From assembly GCA_951406725.2 (NCBI GenBank), contig OX597823.1, forward strand, positions 63,178,001 to 63,242,000: a stretch of DNA of 64,000 bases. The letters run 5' to 3'. Each line of letters begins with the position of its first letter. Positions within the stretch are counted from its first letter, which is position 1. The notes beneath the pieces are model-generated. The model saw nothing but the letters and a program-made list of their open reading frames with translations, was not told the DNA's origin and did not search any database. A program made the translations under genes and the position numbers. Shown here piece after piece: positions 12,217-25,771 of the stretch. The stretch is from Octopus vulgaris (Eukaryota).

Positions 12217-14116
12217 TGTGGCGAGAGTCATTGATACCCCTGGGGGATTAGAAGAATGGATTTGCCGAACTCTTATAAAGAGTAGAGGTCAGTAGTAGTT
12301 GGGGGAGTGTTTTGATAGTCTCGTGAAGTATTTCATGTGAACACATTTATTAAACCTTCGCTGCATAATTTATCAGTACCAACCTGTGGCAGGATTTAAA
12401 AGTGGCAATGAGATATTTGAAGCCTTTGTAAGATGTTTAAATTTTTTTTGGTATGACACCAAAGAAAAACTTATTTAACATGGATGATTTGTTGGTTTGC
12501 GTGATGCAGTTGCAACAACAACAACAATACCAACAGTTACTGGAAGTAATGTTGAAGAAGTCTGAAAATACTTCAGGTTTGTTCTTGTCAGACAGTGTAG
12601 CAAATTCAATTGGAGAATTTATTTATAACCCAGAAGGTACTACTTTTTTTCTTCATATTTTTGAAGATACAAAGAAATCTTCAAAGAAGAATGTACAAAT
12701 TGGAATGACAAGAAGAAGTCACAACTACTTTTAAGAAAGTTATTCCCTCCTGAACATGAAAAATACTGTAATTATATTCTGCCAAAGAAACCAGGTGAGA
12801 TTTGTTTCGATGAAACAGTCAATTTGTTATCAAGAATTTTCAGTGAAAGAAGTTCCCTGTTCAATACTCATTGGCAATATTTAAATTTAGTTAAAAAAAA
12901 AATGAGGAAGATTTCATCACTTATGCTGGAGTAGTTAACAGAGAGTGTGAAAAATTCAAATTAAATGAATTAATCCCAGATTTGTTCAAATGTTTCCATA
13001 TATTATCAAAATTAGAACAGGACCAAAAATTAACTCTAAACACAGTGACTGAAGAATGCCAGAGGATTATAAATTTAAGGCATGAAGAAAATTGAAGAAA
13101 AAATTGCTCTCAGATACGTGCGTGTTGTCCTCAAATGGATAAGAAAAAAGAAAAACAAATGTCAAGACCAAATCCATGGATAGACTTGGAAAGCTTGGCA
13201 TTATTGAAAAAATTGATTACTCAAAATGGGCATCCTCTACAGTTTATGTCAAGAAAAAAAAAAAAAAAATCCGAATATGTGCTGATTTCTCAACAGGATT
13301 AAATGAACGTTTGATGGCGTATAATTATCCATGACTAAGTCCAGAAGAAATTTTCAAGAAGTTGAATGAAGTAAAAGTTTTTTGTCACACTGGTCAGGTC
13401 ATTTTTTGGGGTGCTGCTGGTAACATGTAACTCAGTACAACCTGTTGCATGCACCAGGACATTTGAAATTGGTGAAAGCTGGTAGAGGTTGCACGCTTGG
13501 CAGCCAAAGTACTGCCAGTGAAATACCTATCATGTCCCTTGAAAAGGTAGCATGTCGGCAGAAGTTGCACCAAACACGTAAGTTGCCGAAATGGTAGTTG
13601 TTTGAATTACTGTGTGTAGGTTCCATTGCTAAAATGTGGTTAAGGTTCAATTCTCTTGCTCACAATGTATCAGATTCAACTGTGCAGTGTTAACCAGCTA
13701 GAAGAGATGTCTTCTTGGGGTTAAAAAATTGCACTAAAGTCCGTTTGAGCGAAAAACAAGAGTGCTTAATACAACGTAAAACAAGAGTGCAAACGGATAT
13801 TACCTAAGAGTCGGGTAACAATTATGTTGCAACATCTAGCAACGAATTGTCACGATATAAAAGCGACAATGTAAAAATAAATAAAAATAATAATATTAAC
13901 TTCCAATGGAAGTAAATCTCAAAGTGGGGAGATGTGGCAAGAGTCATTGACACCCCTGGGGGATTGGAAGAAGGACTAGCCGAACTCTTATAAGGAGTAT
14001 AGGTTGGTAGTAGGCTGGAGAGCATTTTGGTAGTCTTGCGAAGTACGTTGTGTGAACACATTTATTAAACCTCCAATGCATAATTTATCTATACAAACCT
14101 GTGGCAGGATATAAAA
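12217..14116 (+). mobile_element. Internally deleted Ty3/Gypsy LTR retrotransposon (K02A2.6/Mag-like)
   Basis: ~185-bp LTRs 12217-12401 and 13933-14116 (TG start, about 80-85% identical by eye); PBS-like TGGCAATGAG; PPT AAAGTGGGGAGA. Gag remnant (SVANSIGEFIYNPE..LLRKL..EHEKYCNYILPKKP) and RT remnant (IRICADFSTGLNE). Confidence 0.9.
12479..13385 (+). pseudogene. gag / partial pol remnant of Gypsy element
   Basis: Frameshifted gag from MDDLL followed by RT N-terminal motifs; protease, most of RT/RNaseH and integrase are deleted. Confidence 0.8.
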
Positions 14117-15047
14117 TATTTGTATGTATGTGTGTGTGTGTCTGTGTTTGACTCACCATCATTACCACCTAATAAGTGTTGGTGCATTTATGTCCCTGTA
14201 ATTTAGCAGTTTGGCAAAAGAGACCAATAGACACTATGTACCAGGCTTAGCAATATTTAAGTACTGGGGCCAATACATTCAACTAAAAATTCTTCAAAGT
14301 AGTGCTCCAGCATGGTCGTTGTCTATTGACAAACAAGTAAAAGATAAAAAATAAATTATTGACAGATGTGCTTGATTGATGGGGGGAAAAAAATCTTGTT
14401 CAGTGATGTCCTTTTACATTCTGAGTTCAAATCTCACCAAGCTCTTTGATCCTTCTGGGGTTGATAGAATAAAGTACCAGTCAAGTACTGGGACTTGATC
14501 TAACAAAGTATCTGTTCATACCCCTCCCATTTTGCATTGTCACTTTTAATGGGGCTTACTTCTTTTTAAAGAGTGGTGAGCGAATGTTGCTGGCAATAAT
14601 GTAGTGTTGAGATTCTTGGAAAAATTCTAATTATAAAAAGAAACATTTAAATGCAAAAACACAATATAATTAAAGAAATACTATGATGAGGATTGTCTCT
14701 TCTCTTTTTATTTAATCACATTCTTCCCACCTCCAATTTTATTGGCAGAATGAGAGTTGCTATTTTTAGAACTGACTAGGTTAGTGACACACTGTTGTTA
14801 GCACTAATAAGGTCAATGATACAAAAAATCAATTCTAATAAGTCCTCTTTCTCCTTAACCCCTATATTTCTCTTCTTTCCTGTACCTTGTATAATGAAGT
14901 GTGTTGATGGAATATAGTTATGTAACTGAAGAATATGGTTGTGTCAAGAATTTATGGCTGAAGAATATGGAAACTATGTAAATAGTACATGACTGAAGAG
15001 TTTATTAAAGATTTTTTCTTTTTTTTTTTGTAAAGTGTGAGATATAG

Positions 15048-15206
15048 ATGCAGGAATGGTTGTATGGTAGAAATTTTGCTCCTCAGTCTCATGGTTCTGA
15101 ATTCAGTCCTACTGCATGGCACCTTGGACAAGTGTCCTCTACTGTAGCCTTGGGCTGACCAAAGCCTTGTGAGTGGATTTGGTAAACGGAAACTAAAAGA
15201 AGCCCA

Positions 15207-15244
<38 letters not shown>

Positions 15245-15502
15245 ATATATATATATATAATCTGTTGTGTCTGGGGAGAGTCATTCTCTTTTAGTGCCTT
15301 ATTATTTAACGCACTCACCGGTAAAATTTCCACTTATTTCTTATTTTTTTTATTTTCCTAACATATCATATCATATATATATATATATGTGTTAGATAAG
15401 TTCAGTAAAAATTTAGATTCAGATGAATATGGTACTTAAGTTGAGGCACCAGAATTTAGTATGGTATTATCCATAAAATTTAAAATAAGGTGGCTTATTT
15501 TG

Positions 15503-15541
<39 letters not shown>

Positions 15542-15770
15542 TGTGTGTGTGCCTTTGTGTCTGTTTGTCCGCCACCACTGCTTTGACATCACTGGTGTTG
15601 ATGTGTTTACATCTTCATAACTTAATGGTTCAGCAATAGAGACTGATAAAATAAGTATGAGGTTTTAAAAAACAAAGTCCTGGGGTTGGTTTGTTCGACT
15701 AAAACCCTTCAAGGCAGTGCCCCAGCATGGCTGCAGTCAAATGACTGAAGCAAGTAAAAAGGTAGAAATA
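15048..15770 (+). mobile_element. tRNA-derived SINE family A with an insert in its central microsatellite
   Basis: Head GCAGGAATGGTTGTATGG..AATTCAGTCC; core GGCACCTTGGACAAGTGTC..GTGGATTTGGTA; 3' CAGTCAAATGACTGAA. Segment 15262-15360 matches 36354-36445 in reverse. Confidence 0.8.
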
Positions 15771-15885
15771 TCTGAAGAATATGGTAGAGATATTTTTTGA
15801 AAAGAATGAGATGTTGGAACTATCAGTTTCTGTTGATCACTGGATATCATTTACTTTCACCTACCACTTTATTTTCTTAAACAAT

Positions 15886-16069
15886 AGGTGCAGGTGTAGC
15901 TGTGTGTTAAGTAGCTTGCTTACCCACCACATGGTTCCGGGTTCAGTCTCACTGTGTGGCACCTTGGACAAGTGTCTTCTACTATAGTGTTGGGCTGACC
16001 CAAGCTTTCTAAGTGGATTTGGTAGATGGAAACTGAAAGAAGCCCGTCATATATGTGTGTGTGTGTATG

Positions 16070-16104
<35 letters not shown>

Positions 16105-16310
16105 ATGTTTGTGTGTCTCTGTTTTTCCCCCAACATTGCTTGACAACCGATGCTGGTGTGTTTATGTCCCCGTAACTTAGCAGTTCGGCAAAAGAGGCCA
16201 ATAGAATAAGTACTAGGCTTACAAAGAATAAGTCCTGGGGTCGATTTGCTCGACTAACGGCAGCGCTCCAGCATGGCCGCAGTCACATGACTGAAATGCA
16301 TGAAAGAATA
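15886..16310 (+). mobile_element. tRNA-derived SINE family A
   Basis: Full head, (TG)n centre and tail; highly similar to 34783-35177. Confidence 0.9.
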
Positions 16311-16361
16311 GACTATGGCATGAAGTAGATGTCATTGATTTTAAGGATGCTTAACTTTTAA

Positions 16362-16592
16362 CCCTTTAGCATTTAAACTGGCCGTGTCCTATCTACTTTC
16401 TATTCAATATTCTACTTGTTTTATGTTCAAACTGGCAAGAAGTAACCTCATACCTATTGTACAATGCATCTGTCATTCTAAAAATAATCACATCACTGAA
16501 ATCTCAAAGCTACGAGATTATCTATGATTAATTCAAAACAATGTGAATAAATAAGTATTAGATTTGACAGTGTAATCTTGATTGCTAAAGGG
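16362..16592. mobile_element. TTAA-type MITE family E (followed by a partial tandem copy to ~16775)
   Basis: TTAA-CCCTTTAGCATT ... TGCTAAAGGG-TTGA. Confidence 0.75.
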
Positions 16593-17840
16593 TTGAACCG
16601 GCCAGATCTGGCTCAAATATTCTACCTGTTTTATGTGCAAACATGCCAGATCCTACCTCTCACACCTATTCGACAATGTCATTCTATAAATGAAGAGTCA
16701 CATCATCAAAATCTCAAAGCTGTGGGATTATCCATGATTAATTCAAAACAATGTGAATAAGTAAACATTACATTGAAAAACAAGTGAGGGTTAGTGATAA
16801 GAAGAGCATCTAGCTGTAAAAACAATGGCTCAGTAATTTCTATTCATCTAACCCATACCAGCTAGGTAAATTGGACATAAATGAATGGAAATTATGGCTG
16901 CATCAAGGGTATAACATGAGGAAGATTTGACTACTTTAACAATTTTACTAACAATAGAGAAAGGAAATAAGGTGTTAGTAAACTGTGTGTGCTGAGACCT
17001 GTGAGGAAAAGCTCACCCACATTATGTGTGTATATATGCAGTCCTGTAAATTCCTTAGAATGAGAACAAATAGAAATTGTCCAGATAAATGCATATAGTT
17101 AATGAGAATACCAGTTCTTGATAGAAAGCTTGCACTGTTTCAGCCACAAAACTTAGATTCATTTGCTTCTTTTCCATTGGACCAAAAGAAGAACAAAAAA
17201 ACAAAAAGGTTCAGTAAATTGACTAATTGGAACTGGTGTTAGCGACAAGAATTGTTGGTCTCCAACTCTGAAAGCATGTTCAAGCTATAACACTATCATC
17301 ATCATTTAATATCCGTTTTCTATGCTGGCATAGGTTGAACTTTTGACAGGGCTGCATCAGGCTCCAGTTGTCTGTTTTGGCATGGTACCCTTCTTAACAA
17401 TAAACACTTTACAGTGTACTCAGGTGCTTTTTATGTGGTGCCAGTACAAGTGCTTTCTGCATGGCATTACATGGGTGCATTTTTTTATGTGGTGCTGGCA
17501 TGGCTACTCATTACATGGTACCAACGCAAGTGCTTTTTATGTGGTACTGGAAATAAATGATGCATAATTGGGCATGGGATTTGACTAATTATTTTCTATG
17601 AGCTGATCTGTAGGCAACATATCTGACACTCCTGACATATTGGATCTTACTGGTGATACTTTATTACTGTAAGTAGAGGCAGTAGCAGTAGTTAGGTTAT
17701 TTGCTCAATGGCAACATAGAGTATAGTTACTTCTGTGGGAAAGCTGCTTGTAAGGGACTGGCTTCCAATCCAAGGTGAGACATGACTCTTCATTTCTAAA
17801 ACCTGAGGATCCATTGATTTGTTGTTTGTCTTTGGTTTTA

Positions 17841-18000
17841 TCATCATCATCATCATCGTCGTTTAACGTCCGTTCTCCATGCTAGCATGGGTTGGACGGT
17901 TCGACCGGGGTTCTGGGAAGCCAGAAGGCTGCACCAGGCTCCAGTCTAATCTGGCAATGTTTCTACAGCTGGATGCCCTTCCTAACGCCAACCACTCCAT
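17841..18000 (-). mobile_element. 5'-truncated RTE 3' end
   Basis: (CAT)n CGTTTAACGTCCG..GGATGCCCTTCCTAACGCCAACCACTCC. Confidence 0.85.
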
Positions 18001-18726
18001 TTCTAAACCATGATGATGCATGGATCTGTTGCTTATATTAAGTTTTTGTAGTGTTAAGCAGATAATTCTGACTAGATAACACACATAGCCACTGTAGAAA
18101 ACTTTTTCCCAAATCAATGACTTGCTCAGTTTTGCAGCTGTACCACTCCTTGTAGTAACGAATTTCCTCATTTATGGTGGGGGCTATTTTGAACTTGGCT
18201 TAAGACTAGCAGTTGATATTCTATACCTTGTACTCGTACACTGCAACAGTGACTGAGCACAAAAGGTTCTGCTGTGTATGCCTAAGTTATCCATTGAATT
18301 TAATTGTGACTGTCTTCTTCTTCAGTTATGTATCCTTTGGTGACTGTACTTCTTAACCTGTTTTATGTCAAACCTGCCTGGTTCTATGATATAAAATTTC
18401 TCTTTTACAGTGATCTAAATTAAAACCTATCAAAATTTCTTGTTAATTTATGTTCTAAAGACTGACTTGATAACAACAAATTCGTCTCACAAAATTCTTC
18501 GTTCTTTCCAAAATTTATTGGAATGAAGGCAGTGGTATTTATTTCTCCAGAAATATGGTAATGAAAGGATTAAAGAGCATCAACGGATGATGCAAAAACA
18601 TGTGTAATTAAAGAATCATGACTGCTACTGCTTCTGCTGTATCCACAGTGTATTACACAATTTAGGAATCTAATGAAATGGCAGTATTTCATCATTGCAG
18701 ACAAGCATGGTACACAGACCATTGTC

Positions 18727-18815
18727 ATGATGACTATGACTACCTTTGAGATCCAAGATCTACATTGCAGAAGACTCCTGTGCAATGAAGCCATATTAAT
18801 AGCAGTGTTGGGGAT
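18727..18815 (+). CDS. Putative first coding exon of host gene (exon 18701-18815): signal peptide n- and h-region
   Basis: Branch-like CTAAT at 18670, acceptor TTTCATCATTGCAG|A, donor GAT|GTATGT. Only one frame is open: MMTMTTFEIQDLHCRRLLCNEAILIAVLG; it ends in phase 2, matching the next exon. Confidence 0.55.
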
Positions 18816-19484
18816 GTATGTTTGCCACTGTCTTTGCTTTGAAGGAGGAAGAACAGGGCCAAGGATAATTCATGACAACTGACACCATCTCCCAGCTACA
18901 GGGAAGCATTAGGAAATTGTGTCTGTTGAAAATCATCTTTAACCTTTTCTTTGCTATATCTCTGTTGAAATATAATGCCTTTGTTTCAATATATTTTGAA
19001 AATAAAGGAGAATGCGGTACAATACTGTTGTCATTATTAATCTGATACTTAGAGCATAACATGAAATTTTGATGGAAAGCTTTTAATTTAGAGCATTTTA
19101 AAACACAGCCTCTAACATAGAATCAAGAACAGTTTCACGTGGGTTGGTATCAAAAGGGTTAAAACTGACCAACACAATTTGTTTTTCTCTCAAGATATAC
19201 TTCCCTTGTCTTTATGTTCCTGCACTCACCCGCAAGGTGGCAGAGCAGTACAGATAGACTGCCCCACTATGATTAAGAAACCCTGTTTACCATTTTCTGA
19301 TTAAAAAAAAAAGTCTCTCATTCCCAGAGTTGTCCTTCAGCATGTTCATTTACCAATGTACTTATTCTTGAGTAATTTTAAATGTCCTTGTGCTCTTTTG
19401 CCACACAGTCATTAACTGAATTCTAGTTGCATCCATCCTTTTGACAGCTCCTGTGTTTTTTCCTGTCTGAGTTACTGGCTTCTA

Positions 19485-20038
19485 TTTTCTTTTCTTTGAT
19501 TCAGTCATTTTACTACAGCCATGCTGGAGTACTGTCTTGAAGGGTTTACTTGAACAAGCTGACCCTAGCATTTATTTTTTTAAGCCTGGTTCTTATTCTA
19601 TTGTTCTCTTTTGCTGAACTCTAAGTTACAGAGGAGATAAACAAGATAGTGAAGATGCCGACGACTGCTCGGTTCAAAGTCTCTCTTGACCAGAAATGGC
19701 CTGAACTCTTTGCATGAACACCCTCCCTGTACATAACTCCATGTCCCCTTACATGGCCTTGCTTTTTGCTTTTTGAGCCAAAAAATTAACCTAACTTAAC
19801 TTAACAAAGCATCACTGATTATCAAGTGGTAGGTTGAAAGACAAATACAGACACAAAAACACACACCCATATATATACAATGATATGCAGTTTCCAATCT
19901 CCTAAATCCACTCACAAAGCAGTGCTTGGCCTGGGGCTATAGTAGAAGTCACTTGCCCAAGATGCCATGTTGTAGGACTGAACCTGAAATCATATGGGTG
20001 CAAAGCAAGCTTCTTAACCAGGCAACCATATCTGTACC
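19485..20038 (-). mobile_element. SINE family A interrupted by a CR1 fragment
   Basis: Family A sequence on both sides of 19645-19805. Confidence 0.75.
19645..19805 (+). mobile_element. CR1-type LINE extreme 3' end
   Basis: Encodes IVKMPTTARFKVSLDQKWPELFA* (FK..LD..W C-terminal motif of CR1 ORF2), then a short UTR and an (ACTTA)n-like tail. Confidence 0.7.
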
Positions 20039-20969
20039 TTTTGGTTGACAATGCAAACATGTATCTGGTTTTATGAGGAGCCACAGGATGATTGGGATCC
20101 AGTGGGTAGGCACAATATGCATTTGAGGCATTGATATTCACTGAGTCCTGTAGTTACATCAGTTCACGTGGATAATTGTGCTCTTCATTCATGAATGAAC
20201 TGATTGATTTCCTGGATCCTGTTCTCTCTGTCTGTCTGTCTGTCTCTCTTTCTATTTCTATAACACAAACATATCCGATTGTATACATGCATATGTATGT
20301 AAGCCATTGAAATAAAAAAATTCAGCAATGCTATATAAATGTTGACATTAGTCTTCACACCCATTTGCATATGCACACACATACACATGCACACATAGAA
20401 TCGTAAAGTGGGTCTAAATGAAATATCATTAATCCAGCACATAGCTTCCCTCTTATTGTTTGAAACAGTTAACTCCTCTACATATTTTGCCATTTAAGAC
20501 CTGCTTCACCTCCTCTTTTTCTTGACCTTCCTGTCTTTCTATTCTCTCTTGTTCTATGCCCTCTTACTCATCCCCTCTCTCCAGTGCTGCTTGCCCCTCT
20601 CATCAACACTACTCTACTGCTACCCCTCCCTCTTGCACATGCTACTCCTCCTGCTACTCTCTATCTGACATATGCTACCTGTTGATGCTTGCTGGCACAG
20701 AAACTTTTATGAACTTAGTATTTTCTGGACAACGTCTGCCTAAGAGGAAGAATTCTGTTGAAACCATAACCTGTGGGAAAAACCCATTGTCTCCATTTAC
20801 TTTCTGATAGATGTTGCTAACTTCATACTGCAACTTCTATTATTGCTATTATTGTTGTTGTTGTTATCATTGAGCTTACAGCACCTTCAGCTTACCTGTG
20901 TTTCCTTCTCTCCTCTGTGTACATATGAGTGTATATGTGTTTCTGCTTGAATATGTAAGAAGGAATATT

Positions 20970-21224
20970 CCGTGCCGGTGGCACGTTAAAAGCACCAACC
21001 GATCGTGGCCGATGCCGAACTCCCCTGGCACCTGTGCAGGTGGCACGTAAAAAGCACCCACTACACTCGCGGAGTGGTTGGCGCTAGGAAGGCCATCCAG
21101 CTGTAGAAACTCTGCCAGATCAGACTGGAGCCTGGTGCAGCCCCTGGCTTCCCAGACCCCGGTCGAACTGTCCAACCCGTGCTAGCGCGGAAAACGGACG
21201 TTAAACGAAGATGATGATGATGAT
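20970..21224 (+). mobile_element. 5'-truncated RTE 3' end, well preserved
   Basis: GTGCCGGTGGCACG..GGACGTTAAACG(GAT)n; near-identical to 63727-63965. Confidence 0.9.
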
Positions 21225-22355
21225 ATATATATAAAGAATAAAAAGTTTTTGATGGTACAACAATGCACTATAATATAGACAATAAGCTATATACCTGTTG
21301 TAATTTAGTCATCCATACTCTGATATATTTCGGAATAATATTCCTTCTTCAGATATTCTTAGATGGAGTCTTTGAATACATAGATTCAACCACCAAAACA
21401 AAATATGCAATAAATCATCAAATTGTTTTAGCATATAATAAACACAGTATTGGAATATACATTAAAATATTGCACAAGGGAATTACAAAGGAATATGGAA
21501 GAAAACAAGAAAAAAAAAGTACATGCATAATGGGTTGTAGCCATGCTCAATTTTTTGTCATTTGTTGATCAAATGCTGTCACAAGTTTGCTCTACATGAT
21601 TCTAACTAACAAGTTAGCTTTACTGAGAAGTTCTGATGAATTTATTGATGCAAAAGATTTAAATTTTGGTAGCTAGAATGCTTCTTTGAAGGAAGGGAAA
21701 ATGTTCTGGGACTGAAATGAATAAGGTATTCAATGAGAACTACTTATGAAGTGTGTGCATGTGCACGTATATGTATGTGTACATATGTGGATGATATGAC
21801 AACAGTTCAACAATTATTTTTCTTTTTAGTGAAAAGCAAATTGGGAAGTAATAAAATCACATTCATTATGTAGAACAGTCTGTTTTGATGATTATATGAA
21901 GAATGGTCTGCACTTCAAGGACTGCAGGAAGTTGTTTTATTTTGTAGCAGCATTTACTGAAAGAGCTGTGATAATAAGGCTGCTGATGGCAAGAACCATC
22001 TGTTGTGTCACTATGAAACTGTTTGTTTGTGTCACTGCTTTCTGTTTATAATTAAGATTGTTCTATCATTTCATCCAGTGATTATTAGTTGCACCTGTTT
22101 TTATAGCAGCATACTAATAATTAATTGGTTGAAAATTCAATTTAATTTGGCTGTCAACTAAATCTGTGGGTGTAATTTTTCTTTCTTGCTAGTACACCAG
22201 TAATGTTGTTGACCTTTTTTGATGGGGTGAGGAGTGAGAAATGTTTGTGTGTATGCTTGCATCTACTTGTAGAAATCATTTAAAGACAATTCACAAATAT
22301 GTAAAATATGTGCATGTACACACACATACTCTTATTTTGAGTATAAATCCTACAT

Positions 22356-22594
22356 AGTTATGTTTCTTTATTACCCACAAGGGGCTAAACATAGAGGGGG
22401 AAAACAAGGACAAACAAACGAATTAAGTCGATTATATCTACCCCAGTGCATAACTGGTACTTATTTAATCAACCCCGAAAAGATGAAAGGCAAAGTCGAC
22501 CTGGGCGGAATTTGAACTCAGAACGTAACAGCAGACGAAATACGGCTACGCATTTTGCCCGGCGTGCTAATGTTTCTGCCAGCTCGCCGCCTTT
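22356..22594 (-). mobile_element. tRNA-like SINE family B, full length
   Basis: 10-bp TSD AATCCTACAT (22346-22355 / 22595-22604); head GGCGGCGAGCTGGCAGAAAC, B box GAGTTCAAATTCC, core GTCGACTTTGCCTTTCATC. Many degenerate copies elsewhere (e.g. 23340-23520, 26570-27160, 60500-60690, 62380-62780). Confidence 0.9.
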
Positions 22595-24902
22595 AATCCT
22601 ACATTGTGGGTGTTTGTACAGAGAGAGAGAGAGGGTAGTGTCTGCTGCCCTACCCTGTGTGTTTATTCACAGCACATGCCTGTCATATTCTAGCACCAAC
22701 GATCTGGAATGTGGTCCCTTTTCCCAGAGGGTTATAAATAATTTAACCCACTTGATGTCAAATCTGCCTGAAGCTACATCAAGTTCTAAAATATGAAATC
22801 TTGTTGTGAAATGTTTGTCTAAACTGAAACCTTCCACTGTAATTTTATCTAAAAACCAATTGCTAAGACAGGTTCTTAGCATCATCTTAATTTTAAAATG
22901 CTAAGTCTGGAGCGAAATACTTCCACATTCTTGATAAACTCTCAAAAGTAATTAAAATATTTAGATGCTGCGTATATCATTAAAACATGACCTTGAAAGG
23001 GTCTGTGAGATGATTCTCTGAGATGAAAAAAGCATAATTCAATTTTCTTCCACCCCAAATCTGACATGCTTTAGAAATACAGAGAATGAGTTGTGTAATG
23101 TCTGAGGTTGTATATATTTCAGAGAGTAAAAAATAGTAAATCTGCACTTATTAGGTTTCCTTATATCTTTTATCTTTCACTTGTTTCATTCATTCATTTA
23201 ACTGGCCATGCTGGAGCGCCAACGCCAGTACTTTTTTTTAAAACTTGGTACTCATTCTATCAGCCTCTTTTGACAAACTGCTAAGTTATGAGGATGTAAA
23301 CAAACCAACACTTGTCAAATGGTGATGAGGACAAGTTCAAGGAGGGAGTAAGTCAATTACATTGATCCCAGTACTTAGTTGGTACTTATTTTATTGACCC
23401 CTGGGAGGATGAAAGGCAAAGTCAACCACGACAGAATTTGAACTCAGAACGTAAGGGCGGATGAAATGCTGCTAAGCATTTTGCTTGGCAACCTAATGAT
23501 TCAACCAGCTTGGTGCCCTACCTTTTAGAATGAAATATAAGAAATTACATTAAAAAAAAATAATAAAATTGGTGTATTGAAAGAAGTACAGGCAATTCTT
23601 TGCACATAAATTTCAAGAAAAGAAATCTTATATGGATCCTCAAGGGTTGTATGGACCCTGGTTGAGAACCACTGGGTTAAACATAAAACTATGTTAAGGG
23701 TTTGATTTGCATTTCTATTTATTCATGGGAAAACAAACCCTGACAAGAAATGGTGTATCTCTTGAACTAATAGGTAAGATTTGCTGGAATCCTACTCCAC
23801 GTTTGTTCTCATGAAGCTCTACCAGCTGTTTATTTACTCAGGGTGCCTATATCATTATTGTTGTTGTTTAACTCTAAGGCACCCTTGGTAGAGAATGTTT
23901 ATGATTAAAGACATTCCAACTAAAATCACCATCTTTTTCTAGAGGCATAAAGGCATCTGTAACTACATTATGCATATGACTTTCCTACTTAGTAAAATAT
24001 TAAGTGTTATATGAGGGAGCTTTGGCTGCTATTCTATTTTAAGCATATTAAGTAACCATATAGGTGATTCCTCTTTAACTTGCACATAGTAGCTACTCTT
24101 GTAGATGATAATCCTTATTTGAATCTTTACTGCTGCTGTCGGCAACATTCTGTCTAGCTGTATAATTTAACTTCCAGACCTTCATTTTCTTTAGTCTTTG
24201 TATTGTCTGTTTGCACAGAAGTTTTTAAAAAATGCTTATTTCATATAGAATAATAGTGCATTAACCCTTTTATTACCAGCCAGCTTTGAGACCAATGTCA
24301 AATCTGAAATCTGATTATAATGTTCAGGTTTAAACAGAGATAATACGTCCAAATTGCTCATATTTATATAGACATAAAATTGCTATGCAGCATAAAAACA
24401 CTGCCAGATGTTTGAATTAATAACGAGGCTAGCTTGTACAATAAAAACAATTTTTATCTCACACTCTTCACAAGTAAATTATTAAATAGAATAAAGTTGA
24501 TATTTCGGTAATGCAATACCCTATTCAAAGCTTGCAATACCCTATCTTGGTTGTACAGTACTCTATTCAAAATAATAACACCAACAGAGAAATTAAATGA
24601 AGTGGGGTATTGGATGTTCTCAAACTGGGAGCAGCTAATATCCCAATGCATTTTGTTTGTTTCTTATCATTTTCCATGCTTTGTGTATTGTAATACTGAT
24701 ACATCAGTGTCATGCTGTTTTACAGTTTATTTAGGAATATATTAAGATAAATTGCTTTTTAATATGTTGCATCCTTTTCTTATGTATTCATTTGTTTATA
24801 TTTAAATTAAAATCTCTATAAAATCTCATGACATGAGTAATACCAGGAGATTTCAGTTGCAAAGTAAACCAACAAAGGAGTATGTCAATGAGATATCTAC
24901 AT

Positions 24903-25144
24903 CAGTGGTTCTCAACCCAAGTCCATATAGCACTTGGGGGTCCATAGAAGATTTTGTTATTAAAGTTTATGAGCAATAAATTAGTTATACTTTTACAATA
25001 CACAAAGTATTTTCACAATTTTCTTATATACAATTCCTCATATTCAATTATAAAAATATAGGACTTTTTTTTTAACAGGGGGATTCAGTAGAGTGAAAAG
25101 AGAATCAGTGGTGTCCATAGGCAAAATGTGGTTGAGAACCACTT
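24903..25144. mobile_element. hAT (Charlie/Buster-like) MITE
   Basis: TIR CAGTGGTTCTCAACC / GGTTGAGAACCACTT; 8-bp TSD ATCTACAT / ATTTACAT. Further copies at ~45715-46007 and 57224-57477. Confidence 0.88.
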
Positions 25145-25411
25145 ATTTACATGGTCAATAACACTACTAATAATAGCAGTCAAATCTCTTTAGAGTGGAC
25201 CCACTGGATAATGTAGTCCTAGATATACACTGAAGTCAATGAGATATCCTCTACATGGTCTCTAAAACTGTTAGAAATAGCAGTCAAGTCTCTTTTGGAA
25301 GGACATGTTGGATAATGTAGTCTTAGATATACACTGCCTCATGAAAGAGATGGTCAAGGCTGAAAGAACATTGATTGTTGGTCTGCTGAATCACAGCTGA
25401 TCTGGTATTAA

Positions 25412-25633
25412 CCCTTTCGTTACTGTATTTATTTTGAGATGCTCTGTGTTTCTTTCAATTATTTTAAAATATAACAAAGAATTTAGTAAAATAACTTAGT
25501 TATCATTCAGCTAGTGTTATGAACATAAATTGTGACTAAGGTTTGGTGGAAGATTTCAATTCAAAACTTATGAAAACAAGACATTTGTACTACAGAGCCA
25601 GAGCCGGTTTTAGCCAGGTTAGTAACAAAAAGG
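25412..25633. mobile_element. piggyBac-like MITE family D
   Basis: TTAA TSDs; reverse-complement near-copy of 4537-4741. Confidence 0.9.
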
Positions 25634-25771
25634 TTAAAGAAGCACCAATGTTTTAAATTTCAGATATTGTTTTTACTAAACCTCTCAAAATATTTTATGA
25701 CATAGAAAGTTAATTGAAACACATAGTCTATTTATTGTGTGTGTTTGTTTCATGAAAGGGTTGAAGAGTTC

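Noticed and set aside
20678-20765. Two degenerate CTG..GA...GAAAC motifs suggesting Penelope hammerheads
   Set aside because: Cores are mutated and stems are not supported; no Penelope ORF nearby.
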